From Takakia lepidozioides (Eukaryota > Plantae > Bryophyta), in NCBI GenBank assembly GCA_030704615.1, contig CM060731.1, forward strand, positions 56,420,001 to 56,484,000: 64,000 nt of DNA. The letters are read 5' to 3'. The position numbers were made by a program, and so were the translations under genes. This document shows positions 26,011 through 39,548 of the stretch, one piece after another; within the stretch, counting starts at the first letter, position 1; the number at the start of each line of letters is the position of its first letter. Below the pieces are notes generated by a model. It was given only the letters and a program-made list of their open reading frames with translations. It was not told the DNA's origin and made no database searches.

Positions 26011-27938
26011 TGGCACTGGTTGCGGGAGGGAGTGTGAAACCAGAGCAGGGTTTTGAGATATGGGGAATTGAGGGGGGTCTTTCCTATGATTGTCTGCATC
26101 CTTCTGGAACTATACCCATCATTTTCCTAGTTTAGGGCAGTTCGATTTGAGGTGGCCAGATAATCCACAGAAGGGCCCAGTTGCGGGCATGAGATCTGCT
26201 TACCTTCTTGCCTGGGAAGTGTAGAAGGATCCCATTACTTTCATAGTGCTCCACGTTGAATTTGATCCGATTGATCTCGACTGCCACCAAGGGCTACTCT
26301 TTGGCTAGCATGCTTTGCAGGATTGTAGTATCAGCGAGAGGACCGTCGAGGAGGTCAACATCATGGGCCGCCTGAGGCGAATCGCTGGGGCTGCAATCTT
26401 CTTCGTTGCTATCACAGTGGGTCGCCGGGTCTCCTGGTTCTTGTCTCCAGCTCGGAATTAGTGGCTGGTGGGCCTGGGAGCGACCCTGGGGGATTAAGCC
26501 CAAGGACTGGACCTGGTGTGCCATGAAGTAGCCTGTGCCAATGGAGGGGTGGAACCGTCTTGGGTCAATGTAAGATGTGAGACCTTGCTTTGCCTGGGCT
26601 GATTTGAAGGGTCTATTGAGCAGGGGAGCCATTGATGGGAGGCGGGATGCAGGGCTGCAGTGAGCAGGGCGGAGGAGGGGGAAGGAGGTGTAGGTGGAAT
26701 TCAAGCTAACAGCGAGGAAGGGAGCAACTAGCGAGGGCGGCGAATCGAGGTTAGGATACTTTGGAGGGTGCGATGGCTGTTGAGGAAAGCCTCGAAGGAG
26801 CGCAGCTGAGGATCAGCGATAGCTGCAAGCTGGGCTACACGAGGGAGAGTTTAGTGATTGTGACGACTACTCGGAGACTATTTTCAGACGCCGGTTGAGC
26901 TTTTAAGATTAGTGGCAGGAGGCTGAAAATGATTGGATATGGGGAGCTGGCTAGGGATATTTGGGGGATGGTTCAGAATGAAGGCGGCTGTTCATTAAGG
27001 GGAGGATATGGAGAAACATGAAATGATGGCTGTCATATCTGTCCAAGGGATGAACTTGAAGGCTTTCGTCGGGTAGACAGTTGAGGCGAGGGTTGGAGAG
27101 GCTTCAGCGTGGGAGGTGTTGTTTTATGATAGATTCTTCGATTACTGTGGTACTGGGGAGAGCTTGCAGGGTACCGCTTGTGATTGGGAATCGATGTGGC
27201 AATTAGGTTAGAAGGACTAGCGAGAAACATGGATGGCTTCGAAGGAGGCTGGGTGCGGAGATCGCTCTCACACTGCATATCGCGGAGCTCCATCTCTTCC
27301 TCCACTCCTTGAAGTCAATCTTCGAAATTTTCCACATTTCAAATTCTTGGCTTTCCTCTCAGTCTTCTTTTAACTAAGCTTGGATACTAAAATCTGCAAC
27401 GTTGTTATTATGTAATGCAAAGAGCCTCTCATTTTAAGATAATAGGGTCTTCAATAGGCATGTGCGATGTGGCCGGTGGGCCCCGCGCACGGACACCCGG
27501 CTCCCGCCGCCCCGCCCGCCGCTACGGGCGGTTGCCCAGCCGCGGGCGTGGCTGCAGCAACCGCGCCCGCGCCCGCCCTGCCCGCGCCCCCGTCCGCCGC
27601 GCGGCCAGTCCCCCCGCCCATGAGTCCGCTACCCCTCCAGTTTGCCAGTTCGCTGCTGGCCAGTCCACTGCCCAGCAGTCTGCCAGTCTGCCAGTCCGCT
27701 AGCTAGTCCCCTGCCATCCAGTCCGCTGACGGCGTAGGATCTCCACCGTCCATTCCCATAACCTATCTGAGCCCAAAAATTTTTAGGGCTACAATTCAAA
27801 CCTTTATCCCTGCCGCCTGCCACTTGCCAGCAGCCGCGAACGTGCGCACTGTTCTCCTGGCACGTTGTCGAACGTGTCCTGGGTACTGCGACGCGTTTCT
27901 TGTCTGTTCAGAAGCGTGTCTTTTGTACTGTATAGGGC

Positions 27939-30900
27939 ATGGACGTGGAAGCAAAACCCGATGATATACTGATCACGGAAAGTCCGCTTATACAACCTCT
28001 TCGACAATGTTTGCAAACAACAAAACCAGGACCCTTCAACATGAAGGATCTCCATTGGAAGAGTGAGATGCAATATGGGTTTATGGGTGTGCGAGTGAAT
28101 GTTGAAAAGGCCTGCATACCTTGGGATAGAGTTGGTGACTTTGTCATGGGAGAGGAGAGTTTGGAGGACTACCCCACTCAGTTTTGGGTGAATGTCCATT
28201 CTAAAGTGGAACCCGGCTCGCGAAAAGCGCCCAGAGCCAACACATTTCTGTCTAGTATTATGTGTGCACCATCCTCAGTCCTTTTGACGTTTCATTGCAT
28301 GTCTGTTGCCAATTTTTGTTTCACGACTTCTCTGATTTCATGCTTCCTCAAGTCGTTGGATATCGATTTTTGAATTTTCTGTCCAGGTATCAATGCTGCT
28401 ACGGTCCTGATGACAAGTGCACCAACAAGGCAATAGTGGAGGATCCAAAACAGAAGCGTGGAGGACCTCTTGTGGGTGCTGGAACATCTTGCCCTCGTAA
28501 AGGCCCAAGGAGAAAGAAGTCGGAGTATGGAGAGTCTTACAAGCGTGGTTGCCAATGTTGTTTCAAGGTCCAACAATGCTATCTCGCCCCTGACATTTGT
28601 GTCCTCACGTACTACAACAACATGGAGCATACAGATGCGCAAGGGAAACCCTCGCATGGGAAGTCCGCAAAGTTCAGGAACACCCGCCACGCCCATGCAC
28701 CACACATTAGCGAGGAATTGAAAGCCTGGGTCGTCAAATGTTTGTGCCGAGGCCTGTCGGTCGCCCAAATCATGATGGAGCATAAAGAGCACGTGATGAA
28801 CAACACCGGCTTGGGCGATGCATGGACCCGCGATGATTTCTTGTTGGAGCAAGATGTTCGCAACCTTGCCGAGAAACGTGCGTGGTAAACCTTCAAAAAG
28901 CATGTCGATGATGCGGAGACTGTGCGCATGTGGAGAGACCAAAATCCTGCGTCTGTTTTTTTCTATCAAGAGGAGAAATTAGAGCCAACATTCGAGCATT
29001 TTGATGGAGATTTGACATTCACTATTGGCATACAGACTCCGTGGCAGAAACGACGAATGCTGGAACTAGGGCATGACCGTATCGTTGCATGTGATGCAAC
29101 CTTTGGGACAAATCATGACAAGGTACTATTCAAACGATTCCATGGACTTGTAGGAGCATGATAGCATAGTACCATGCAACATTCACATAAAATTTGGTGT
29201 GCTGACCCTTTCTGTATGTTTTCATGTGTACGTTGCGGAAGACCAAGGGGCAGATCCACTGTGAACCGATGCAGACCTCATCACTCTTATGAAGTCTTCT
29301 CTGCAGAACTGAGCGAAATTTGCATGCTCTAACCATCTGACATTGTGCATTCCAACAGTTCCCATTGTACACGTTGATGGTCTTCGACGAGTGGTTGAAC
29401 GGTATACCAGTTGCCTATATCCTATCCGCGAGGAATCGGACAACAGACATGGTGCCGTGGATGAGAGCCTTGTGCGATTCACTTCTCGCAGATTTGCCGA
29501 GCTGGCGACCCAATGCCTTCATTGTGGACGATGCCGAAGCAAAAATCAACGCTATTTGGTAAGTCTGATGGTCCACAGCACCGGTCCATTGTCGAGGTCC
29601 ACTACAGTAGTCCATTGCTACAGTCCACTGGCAGACTCCTGTGGCAAAACCCGATGGCAGTTCGCTGGGCAAATCCATTGGTAGTCCGCTGTCAAGTCCG
29701 CTCGGCAGTCCCCTGGCAAGTCCGCTGGCAGTCCCCCGGCGAGTCCGCTCGGCAGTCCGCTGGGAAGTCCACTCAACAGTCCGTTGCAAGTCGCCTAGCA
29801 AGTCCACTCAGCAGTCCCTGGGGTCGGCCGTCCGCTGTCAAGTCCACTCGGCAGTCCCTAGCAAGTCCGCTGTGGCAGTCCAATGGGGCAGTCCGCTGCC
29901 CCAGTCCTAGCTAGGGGGAAGTCCAACGGGGAAGTCCACTGGGTAGTCCAATGGGGTTATTCCAGCACATCAACGTCATGGCATTGTACTGTCCACTGGG
30001 CGAGTCCAGTGGCTCTGCCCGCTGATACAGGTCATTGTTACAGTCCACTCCGGCAGTCCACCATTGCAGTCTGATCCCAAGACTCTAATGTGTATCATGT
30101 GTGTTGTGCAGAATTGTTTTTGAAGGAGTACTCATTTTCCTCTGCCTTTGGCATGTCCGCAAGGCATGGGTGAGGCAATCATGCAAGAAAACGAAGGATC
30201 CGATGACCGCTGTAAACTTGTTGAAGGATATGGGAGACCTCACGTACTGTAGAGGGGGACCACGCAACGAGAAAAGAGCGCTTCGGTGGGTTGCAAGGAG
30301 AATCCGTCGTATGAGGTCAAAATACCCAAAAGGACATGAATTTCTTGACTATATCGAGCAGTACTGGAAGCCCCAAATAGCAATGTGGTGTACAGCAGCC
30401 CGTCATGTCCCTCATGCGAGCCAAGACACAAACGCAAGCATCGAGGCATACCATGGAAATCTGAAGGCAAGACTTGCCATGGGGAAAGACAAGATGAGTG
30501 GTCGTAGAGTGGACTGGCTTATATGGGAACTCACTGGCCGTGTGCTAACACACTACTAGTACGCAATCCATTTGAAGACCCACGGGTTCATACAGAAATG
30601 ACAAACACAAAAAGTACATATCCAGTTCTATATTTGCGGCACGAGACATTTCTGCTGAGAATGTTACTCTTCCCTTGGGTCTTGGTGAACCAGCCTACAT
30701 TCTCAGCAGCAACCACCCCGGCACAACATACATTGTTTACAATCCTGATTGCGATTGGACTTGTTGCACGTGTCCATGGGCAATGAAGGGAAATTTATGC
30801 AAGCATCAGGTCTGTGTCCTGAAGATGCTTCACCCTGACCTGCAGGATGGCCTCCTTGTGCGCGCTTGTGGCACGGCGCTGGGAACCATTCATGGAGGAT

Positions 30901-31361
30901 TACCTAACTTGCTCTTGGGCAATGGTGCCGGCGGCAACGACGAATCCAATCAGTTCATGGAAAGACATCGGACGACTTCCCCTACGACGAGGCACCTCAA
31001 GAGGTCTCAGCCTCAATGGAACAAGAATTCGCGGACATACTTCGCATTGTAGGTGATGACAAATACCTGGAGGTACATGCCCGATCTGCTCTTCGTATGT
31101 GCAGAGGGCAGCTCGTTGATATCCTGGCGAAAAGTGCGGTTGGAATGTTGCACCCTGCGGCAACGAAGGCTTTGGTCTCTGAACGACAAAAACAACATGT
31201 CTCTGAAAAGGAGACGAGATTTCGTGGAGGCTTGGAAAACCCGGCCTAGGGTTTTGCGGAGAACCAGCAAGAGGGTGTCTGCACCTGCACCTGCACCACA
31301 TATATACTCGAAAATTTGCAAGGTTTCAAGTCGTGTAGGTGTCACGAAGAAGACAATATAA
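27939..31361 (+). pseudogene. MULE-2 transposase (MuDR-type DDE + SWIM), intron-containing, disrupted
   Basis: IVACDATFGTNH, YTLMVFDEWLNGIPVAYIL, WRPNAFIVDDAEA, FLCLWHVRKAW, TNASIEAYHGNLK and SWIM CTCPWAMKGNLCKH. Premature stops at 28886 and 30557 where MULE-1 has Q and W. Confidence 0.92.
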
Positions 31362-31441
31362 GTTTGCAATTCCTCGAAAATTCGCAAGGTTTCATGTCGT
31401 GTAGGTGTCACGAAGAAGACAATATAAGTTTGCAATTCCTC
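31307..31441. repeat. 66-bp direct duplication at the 3' end of the MULE-2 transposase
   Basis: CTCGAAAATT(T/C)GCAAGGTTTCA..GTTTGCAATTC at 31307 and 31373. Confidence 0.9.
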
Positions 31442-31794
31442 TGGTAGCATTGTCCCTTTCTGAAATACAAGTCCGCAATGGACTCATGCACAATCTCCCA
31501 ATGGACTCCTCCAGTCTCCCAACTGACTTCTACACAGTCTCCCAATAGACTCCTGCATAGTCTCCCAACGGACTCATGCACAGTCTCCCAACAGAGTCAC
31601 AGTCAGCAGACTGCGCACGCCAGTAAGCCAGTCTGCTGCCCAGTTCGTTGTCCACTCTGAAAGTCTGCTCACCACACTCCCACTTCATCCCTGCAACTCT
31701 CCCAGCAGACTGCTGGACAGACTAAGTCTCAAGCAGACTCATCCACAACAGTAGACTCAAAATGGACAGGATCCCAATGGACTACCTCCCTAAC

Positions 31795-31962
31795 GACTCA
31801 TGCCAATCCAGTGTCCTAGCGGACTCATGGACATGGTGCCTACCAGACTAGACTCATGCCAATCCAGCGTCCCAACGGACTCATGGACATGGTGCCTACC
31901 AGACTAGACTCATGCCAATCCAGCGTCCCAGCGGACTCATGGACATGGTGCCTACCAGACTA
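31795..31962. repeat. 3 x 56-bp tandem repeat between the convergent MULE-2 genes
   Basis: GACTCATGCCAATCCAG..GGACTCATGGACATGGTGCCTACCAGACTA at 31795, 31851 and 31907. Confidence 0.92.
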
Positions 31963-34900
31963 GGTACCAGACCCACCAGTCCCAGCCTCGGCAGCATGCT
32001 GCTCGCACATTCAAGCTCAGCAGACTTGGGTGCATAGGGCATGGAAAAATTGACACCATTGTGTCCATTGAGTTTAGTGACAACATTACCAAACATGCCA
32101 ACACCCACAGTACACAAAAGTGCTCATCACCACTGGAATAGTAAGCGAAAAGACTCGCATTTTTTATTTCGGTACATAGACTTCATAGGACAAGTACATC
32201 ATACTCATGAGAGCAGTTTCTCTAGATTGTCCAACCCCCGCACGATATACTGGGCACACTGCATTCGCTGTCCAAGTGCAAACTTGAAAATAAACCAGTC
32301 CTTCGTGAAAGGTGTTCCTCTCTCTGGCTTTGCAGTCTTGGAGACATTTCCTCTGACTTTTACCCACTCATAAAACACTTGAATGAATGACATGACGTAA
32401 AAGCCACACTCCCAGCTGAATGGTTGCTGGGGCAAATCAGGCGCGTGGAACTGAAATGCTTGGACAATCTCGTGCCACTCCGGTGAGTCCATCGAGTACC
32501 CTAAGCACTCAGCATGAAGCTTCCGAATCCACCCTAGAACAAAGTGACAACTATGCGAGTGCCTGATAGAGTTCAGGTGAGTGTAACAGCCCTTGCGGAG
32601 GTCGATGATACAAACACTCCAGTCCCCCCTGCAATGGTATCAAACAACATGGCGTCATTGCACAATCATGATGGGCAGACTCAGCAGACTGACACTCAGC
32701 AAACCGACCATTGAGCAGACTCAGCACTCAGCTGACTCAGCAGACCTTCAAACCCAGTCCACTGGACAAATACAGAGGTCAACTTCATCGCTAAGAGTCA
32801 AGACGACACTATGAAACCAGACTATGACTCAGGAGACAGTCTCAGCAGACTTGGAAGAGTTCTTACTCGTCCCCAATTGGCACCAAAATGAAATCGCACT
32901 CTTTCAAGTCCTTGCCCAATCATTCAGTGCTGAGGCAACCTTCAAAGACCTCCAGAAGGCTTTCACGTTGCCCCACCCCCAATGACTTCAACACCGTCCA
33001 CGTCGACGTTGGAAGAACAACAATAGTGTTGGTGAACGCAGCCTCAACCGACTTCTCATAGAATCAACACCACAGCTCCATGAGTCTATCTGTGCACTCT
33101 GACTCAACCTTCTAGAGCGCCTTTATGTCATCCGGCGACAGTCCGCATTCAAACCGTGGGTCCCCTTCAAAAACCATCAGCATGGAATTACTCGCCTTGA
33201 TGTGCAGAGCATGTGCTTTGCCAATCCGAGCACCCATCCTGCACAGAGCAGACCATCCTTCGGGAAGCCTCATGTACTAAATAGACTGACGTCAACATGT
33301 AACCAAACACTCTACAGGCTGAACAGTTCATCAGCAGACTGACAAGACTAACCACAACAGACAATGATGACAGCCAGCAGCAGACTGACCACAACAGATC
33401 GCAAAGCACTTAACGACAAAGACAGAAGAGGAGACTAAGCACAGTACTCACCTGTGCTGCTCCAGGAAACGACCCACATCTTTATCCATGTCCAAGGCCA
33501 GCTTGCAGTTCTTGTTCATAAAGACGCCAGACTTTTTCTTTGCCGGTCTCTTGGTACTCGGACCCTCCTCGACCTCCTCAGCATGGTCCACGATAGTCCG
33601 CTTCTTGGCTTTGCCTCTCCCCTGGGAAGCAGGGACAGCTGTAGGCGGGCTGGATAGAGCAGACAAACGCAGCGCTGCCGCCCTACTTCGCAACAGAGGC
33701 TGGTCAGCAGGTTTGTTTACACTTGCTGGACCTGTCTTTGTAGCTTCGTGGGTCGCATGCGTAGAACTGACCCGCGCATCGGGGGGCGTGCTCACCCCCA
33801 CACCTTTCTTGGTTGTCGATCCCATGTTTGCAGCATGGGCGGAAGATGTTATGTCCTCAGAAGTAGACAGCCGACGGAGGGACGAACATCCTGTGAGGAT
33901 ACCGAGCAAAATGGCGAATTAGCCCAATTTCACAATGTGCTAAAACATAAACAACAGTGCTGAAAGAGGAAATGGCACAACTTGCCCAAGGGGTGAGGGA
34001 GCAGACTCTATGTAATCCAGCGCTATACCAGACAGTGTCTGCGCCGCATATGGTTCCTCGTCAATGTGCCTGCCAGCATGTTCAGTCTGTTCCTCAATGT
34101 GTGCAGTCTGCTCGGCCGCCGGTTTTTCGTCAGTCCTTTCGTCTGTGAATTGTGCAATCTACTGACAACTCTGCGGTTCAGTCTCTTCCTCAATGTAGGA
34201 AATGTACTCGGTGGCAGGTTGTTCGTCAGTCCTTCCCTCTGTGAAGTGTGCAGTGTGTTGGTCAGGCCGTGCAGTCTGAACTGTGCAGTTAGAGCTGAGC
34301 TGTGCAGTCTGCCGTTCCGAGCCATCCTGGTCAGTCCTTCCCTCTGTGACCTGTGCAGTCTGCTGATTAGTCTGCGGTTCAGTCTGCTGCCCCGCCGCAG
34401 GTTGCTTGGCAGTCCTTCCATGTGTCGACTGTTCAGTGTGCTGGTCAGTCTGGTGGACAGCCGGCTGGGTGTTCGGATCTCCATGGACTTGGGAAACATC
34501 AAGAACATGTATGGAAGACCCACCGACAATTGCTTCCTTAGACTCTTCTGTAAGATCTATGATACGGTTTTGCGTTCCCAGATTGAGTTCGGTCATCACA
34601 TAAGACTCATCTATGGCTTTCGCCACTGAGCGCACAAAAACGAGACTGAGCTGGAAGGTCATAGAAGGCATGCCACGGGGAGCTGGATAAGAATGCTTTA
34701 ACGGTGACTTGATGACTTCGTCAGTGAATATGCCTGGGGGAAAAGTGGACTCGCTCAAAACACTCATACTGGCAGATCCAAAAACATATTGTTGGGAACT
34801 CAGCAGAAATTTGTCCACAGGGTCCCGGTGAGGCCAGTGTATCCGAGTCTATTGCACAATCCAGGGAACAGACTGGCTGTTAGTCTCCTGGACAGTTTGC

Positions 34901-37536
34901 TCGGCCATCTGCTGAGTGGGTTCGCCAGTGTGCTGCACAGTTTGCTGAGGGGCAATCTGCTGGCTGGATTCGTCGGTCTGCTGCACGGTCTGCTGCATAG
35001 TAGGCTGAGGGGCAGTCTGTTGGCCGGTCTGTTCTCCGGTCTGCTGCAAAGTCTGCAAAGTTCGCTGCCCGCTCAGTAGTGTTTGCACATACTGAGTATG
35101 TGTGTGCGGGGCAGTCTGCTGGGACTGGTCCGGCCTATTACCCGGGACGGTCTGATGTACATGCTCGGTCTCCAGCACTTGGGCAGTCTGTCCACATGTG
35201 TCGTGGGGAATATGTTGTTGGACATTCTTGTGGCCAGTCTGCTGGACAGTCTCCCGAACTCCTTGTAAAGCCAGGACAAGGTCCCTTGTACCTCTGGCAA
35301 AAGAGTCGAAAGCAGCTTGCACTTGCTTGTCTCCCAGATCAACTCGCCCTGCAACACATGTTTCTGCAAATGTGAATTTCTAAAAAAGTTGGCAAAAGAA
35401 ATAGAGCTGAAACACGAAAGTTGCCCAGAACATTTTATCTTCCAAGAGATTTCTGACGAGGCCAATGTCCTTGATTTGCCGGCACAGGCGTGCTCCATCG
35501 AGATAAGCAATGGCGCCAATGCGGTCTTCAGTTGGGGTCCCACACCACATGACTTTGAAGACATTGGGATTCTGCAAAACAATGTCGAATACTACTCACT
35601 CCATTACCAATGCAAACCACTGCAATGCGTCATCCACCACAAACTTTTGTGAATGGTCTGTTCCATGGAGTAAGTCCATCCTCAAACTATGCAGATCCTT
35701 CATCAACTTGCTGTACGAGCGGAAATTGCCAAATTGCATCCATCTGTGTTGTAGGAAGGAAGCTGCCATGCGCTCAAAGTCCTCCTCAGTCAATCCGAAC
35801 AAGTGCTTTCTTCGCACCCCAAAGGTTGGATGTGCCAAAGGCATATGTCTGAGGTCTTCAGGCCGTGGGTCATCCATGAGAATCAGCTGCACAAGTAGAG
35901 GCGGCGCATTTTGGACGGTTGTGGCTTTAATGGCAACAACAGAGGCGGCTTCCAGAACATGGTTGGCTTCCTCAATAGAAAACTCCATGGAATAATGAAA
36001 GGGTACAAATGACCACCGGCGGTCTGCAACAATCCGGTGGAGCTCATTATGCCAATCCAAATGGGGATTAATTTCTCCCACCCTAAGCCACGGAAGTGTG
36101 AGGTCTTCAGTTCCGGGTCGAATTACCGGTGATGACGATCGTCAAACTGCAAAAAGCGCCGTGCTATGTGGGAGAAAGGCAGTCTGCTGGCTGAGCACCG
36201 TGCTATGTGGGGGAAAGGCAGTCTGCTGGTCCGCAGTCTGCTGGATGACCGGTCTTCCCATTGGCATGGGCTGCATGATGGGCTCCTGGAGAGGAGTCTG
36301 CAGGATGACAAGCTGCTCGTTGGGAGTCTGCTCCGTTGGAGTCTGCTGGATGACAGGCTGCTGAATGGGAGTTTACTGGATGACGGCCTGCTGAATGGGA
36401 GTATGCTGGATGGCAGACTTGGCTGTCCTAGACGCATTCCCCCCCGACGCGTCTTGAATATGTAATGTCGCTATAGCAGCAGATGACCCAGGATACTTCA
36501 ATAATATGTACTCCCGCACGCAGTCCACTTCTGCATGCACCGCAGTCGCTTGTAAAAGAGCATCATTGCTAGGTATCCGCCAAGCCTGAATGGCCCTATG
36601 AATATAAACACGTTCATCCTGGTACACGGCAGAGAACTTGGACGTGGACTCTATATTCACCTCATGCAGCGGACTGGACTCACAGACCAGCAGACTGACA
36701 GATGTAATGTGTGTACGTAGGGTGGATGCAACTAGTAGACTGTACCAATGGACTGGACCAGCGGACTGACAAACGGACTCAGTAAGTAATGCAGCGATAT
36801 AAAACAGACTAATTGACGAGCGGAGTGAGCCAACGGACTGAGGAGAGAACGCAGCGGACTGACCAGACTGAATAGGCAATGTGACCCCCATGATGGACTC
36901 AAATAGCACAGAGAACAGACCGCAACGACGCAATGGCGTGAGCCTTGCGCGTGAGCGTACGCTCACGCAAGAGTGACGTGGCGTGAGCATGATGTCAGCA
37001 GGCTGATATGGCGACAAATGCTGATGTGGCACTGCGCCGTCATCTGCCACGTCAGCATGAACATGCGCCGCCTATAACCGAGGATGGTCCTATGACCGTG
37101 GGATTAATGCAGGGAATCCTTGGCTGAATACAATGAAGACTACCATGGGGCCTACAATTGTAGCATCCAACATTGTGCAATTATAAATGTTTGTTTCACT
37201 TTTACAATTACAAGGACGAGAAAATATCCTCACAAAGTATGCGCCATAGAGGCTGCCACGGGAAGACCTTGCTCCCTCCCCAAATAACAATGAGAGTTAG
37301 GATCATCTTCAAAAGATGATTGCAGTGCATAGCGACAGGAAAACATGTAGACTTCGAAAGGTGCAATGATGCATGTGCTTTTAAAAGTTGCCACTCAGAG
37401 CTCACTCAGTATAGTTGGAAGCATAATGGAGGGATAAGGGACGCCATATCATTGCACCGCCGACGATGTTGCAAACGAATTGATTTGAATTGAATTTCCA
37501 TGACAATGTTGCAAATTGCACATTTCATAGCAGATG

Positions 37537-38605
37537 CTACCTATGTGTTGTATCCCGCTGCAATAGAGTATCGACCTCGTTGAAACTCAGAGTGGCCTGG
37601 TGAACGAAGTTGTCACGTTTCGGATCGCAAACCATCATCTTCAAAAATATGAAATACAAATGTTTGCAGGGTATGAATTTACCTCTCTTGCCCAAACTGG
37701 TTGATAGCATATTCACAAAATCAGGACATGTGCAATTGGGGAAATTGGAAACCGTGATGTCGTAGGCCCTGTCATGAACAGCAGATGTCGAAGTGATCAT
37801 TGTGTACACCCGACCATATCCTGGATCGGGCACTTCCGTGGTGCTTGCAACACGAGCTTGGAGCATTCTTGCGGACTCCACTTTGCCGAAGTGTTCAGCG
37901 GTTGGAAGGAAACACCGAACCAGCTTTCCATCTCGTTTGGTTGGCCACAAGTGAGGATTTGCCGGAGGGACCCGAGAGGATGCAGAAGTAGAAGCACATG
38001 CATGCAGTTGGGGTTGTCTCGCAAAGAAAAAGCCTGTCTCCTTCAGCATTGCAATCTCCTGACTCGTGAGATGTGTTCCCACCTTGACGGGCCAAACGGT
38101 TGGAGAAGCTGGCTTCATCACCACGGAAGGACGCACAGTTCCATGCACACATCTACTACAATCGTCTGCGCAGAACCAAAACTTGTGGTTTTTGGCTTCT
38201 GGTTGGCTTTATGGATACATCATACCCGTGAAAGTCGGAGTAGGAGTCCAGGGTGAAGTGCACTTTTCGAAATTAGTTGCCCTGATCGCTGTACATTTCA
38301 CACGAGACCCTGCACTTGTGCGTTCTATGTGCCAAACGTGGTCGGGGCATGTGGATTCCAGTACATCAAGGGGGTAGTTTCTCTCCTGCATCATTTCAGT
38401 GGCATTGTTTGATGCTGGAGCCTGCCGTCGTGTCGGAGGCTCCTCCAGAATGGAGGTTCCGGACATCGATTTGTCATGCAGGGGAACATGAGGCTTCGAG
38501 AAGTTATCACGGTCTGCCCTGTGCGAATCGGAATCCGAGCCAGGTGGGGTGTTCAATTTCCTCTTACTTGAGCCGAATCTCTCCTCCCCTTCAAGATGTG
38601 GAATT
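37537..38605 (-). pseudogene. Terminal exon of a SWIM zinc-finger protein (one premature stop at 38209-38211)
   Basis: ORFs 38209-38733 and 37537-38148 share a frame. Acceptor TTTAG at ~38606. Contains a Cys-rich WHIERT..C...FWFC..C region and SWIM CTCPDF-x16-CKH. Confidence 0.75.
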
Positions 38606-38666
38606 CTAAAAACAAGTGGCGTTCCATGGGCATACAACAAAAAAAACAATAAACAATAAAAACAGA

Positions 38667-39548
38667 AGTGATGATCGGCGGCACCGACAGAAGTGATGGT
38701 CGGCACCGACCATCGCATCCACCCCAATGCCAAATGTCAAAAGCCACCTTAAATTTATTTAAAAATAAATAAAAAATCGAAAAGTGATGATCGGTGGCAC
38801 CGACAGAAGTGATTGTCGGCACCGACCATCACATCCACCCAAATGCCGAATGTCAAAAGCCAAAAAAAAAAAAAAAAAACAAAAAACAACAACATGGAGA
38901 GTGGTGATCGGTAACTGAAGTGATGGTCGGCACTGATCATCACATCCACCCAAATGCCGAATGTGAAAAAAAAAAAAAACCGAAAGTGATGATCGGCGGC
39001 ACCGACAGAAGTGATTGTCGGCACCGACCATCGCATCCACCCAAATGCCGAATGTCAAAAAAATATAAAAATATAAATAAATAAATAAATATAAATATAA
39101 ATATAAATATATATGATCGGCGGCACTGGCTGAAGTGATGGTCGGCACCGACCATCGCATCCGCCCAAATGCCGAATGTCAAAAAACCAATTTAAATTTA
39201 AAGTTAAAATTAAATAAGAAAAAACAAAAAAACAAAAAAAAACAAAACAAAACAGAAAGTGATGATTAGCGGCACCGATAGAAGTGATGGTCGGTGCTGA
39301 CCATCACATCCACTCAAATGCCGAATGTCCCCAAAAAAGAAAACAAAAAAACAAAAAAATAAACGGAGAGTGATGATCGGCGGCACCGACAGATGTGATG
39401 GTCGGCACCCAAATGCTGAATGAAAGAAAATTATTTAAGAAAAAAAAAAAAAAAAAAGATGGGCGGCACCGACAGAAGTGATGGCCGGCACTGATCATCA
39501 CATCCACCCAAATGCCGAATGTCAAATGCAAAAAAAAAAAAAAAAAAA
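38667..39548. repeat. Array of 8 ~70-bp GC-rich hairpin units separated by variable A-rich spacers
   Basis: Unit AGTGATGATCGGCGGCACCGACAGAAGTGATGGTCGGCACCGACCATC(A/G)CATCCACCCAAATGCCGAATGTC at ~38667, 38783, 38900, 38985, 39113, 39258, 39369 and 39458. Confidence 0.92.

Larger units (their letters stand above)
6891..27358 (-). mobile_element. L1-like LINE (LINE-A), ~6.2 kb net, RT core deleted, interrupted by MULE-1 and a hAT derivative
   Basis: T-rich tail at ~6891-6904 and candidate TSD TCAGTCTT (6883-6890, 27359-27366). APE endonuclease, linker and C-terminal zf-RVT-like ORFs are all on the minus strand. Degenerate ORF1-region ORFs lie at 23458-25013 and 26019-27305. Confidence 0.75.

Noticed and set aside
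38667-39548. CRISPR array
   Set aside because: Eukaryotic context, ~70-bp units, low-complexity A-rich spacers of unequal length, and no cas genes.
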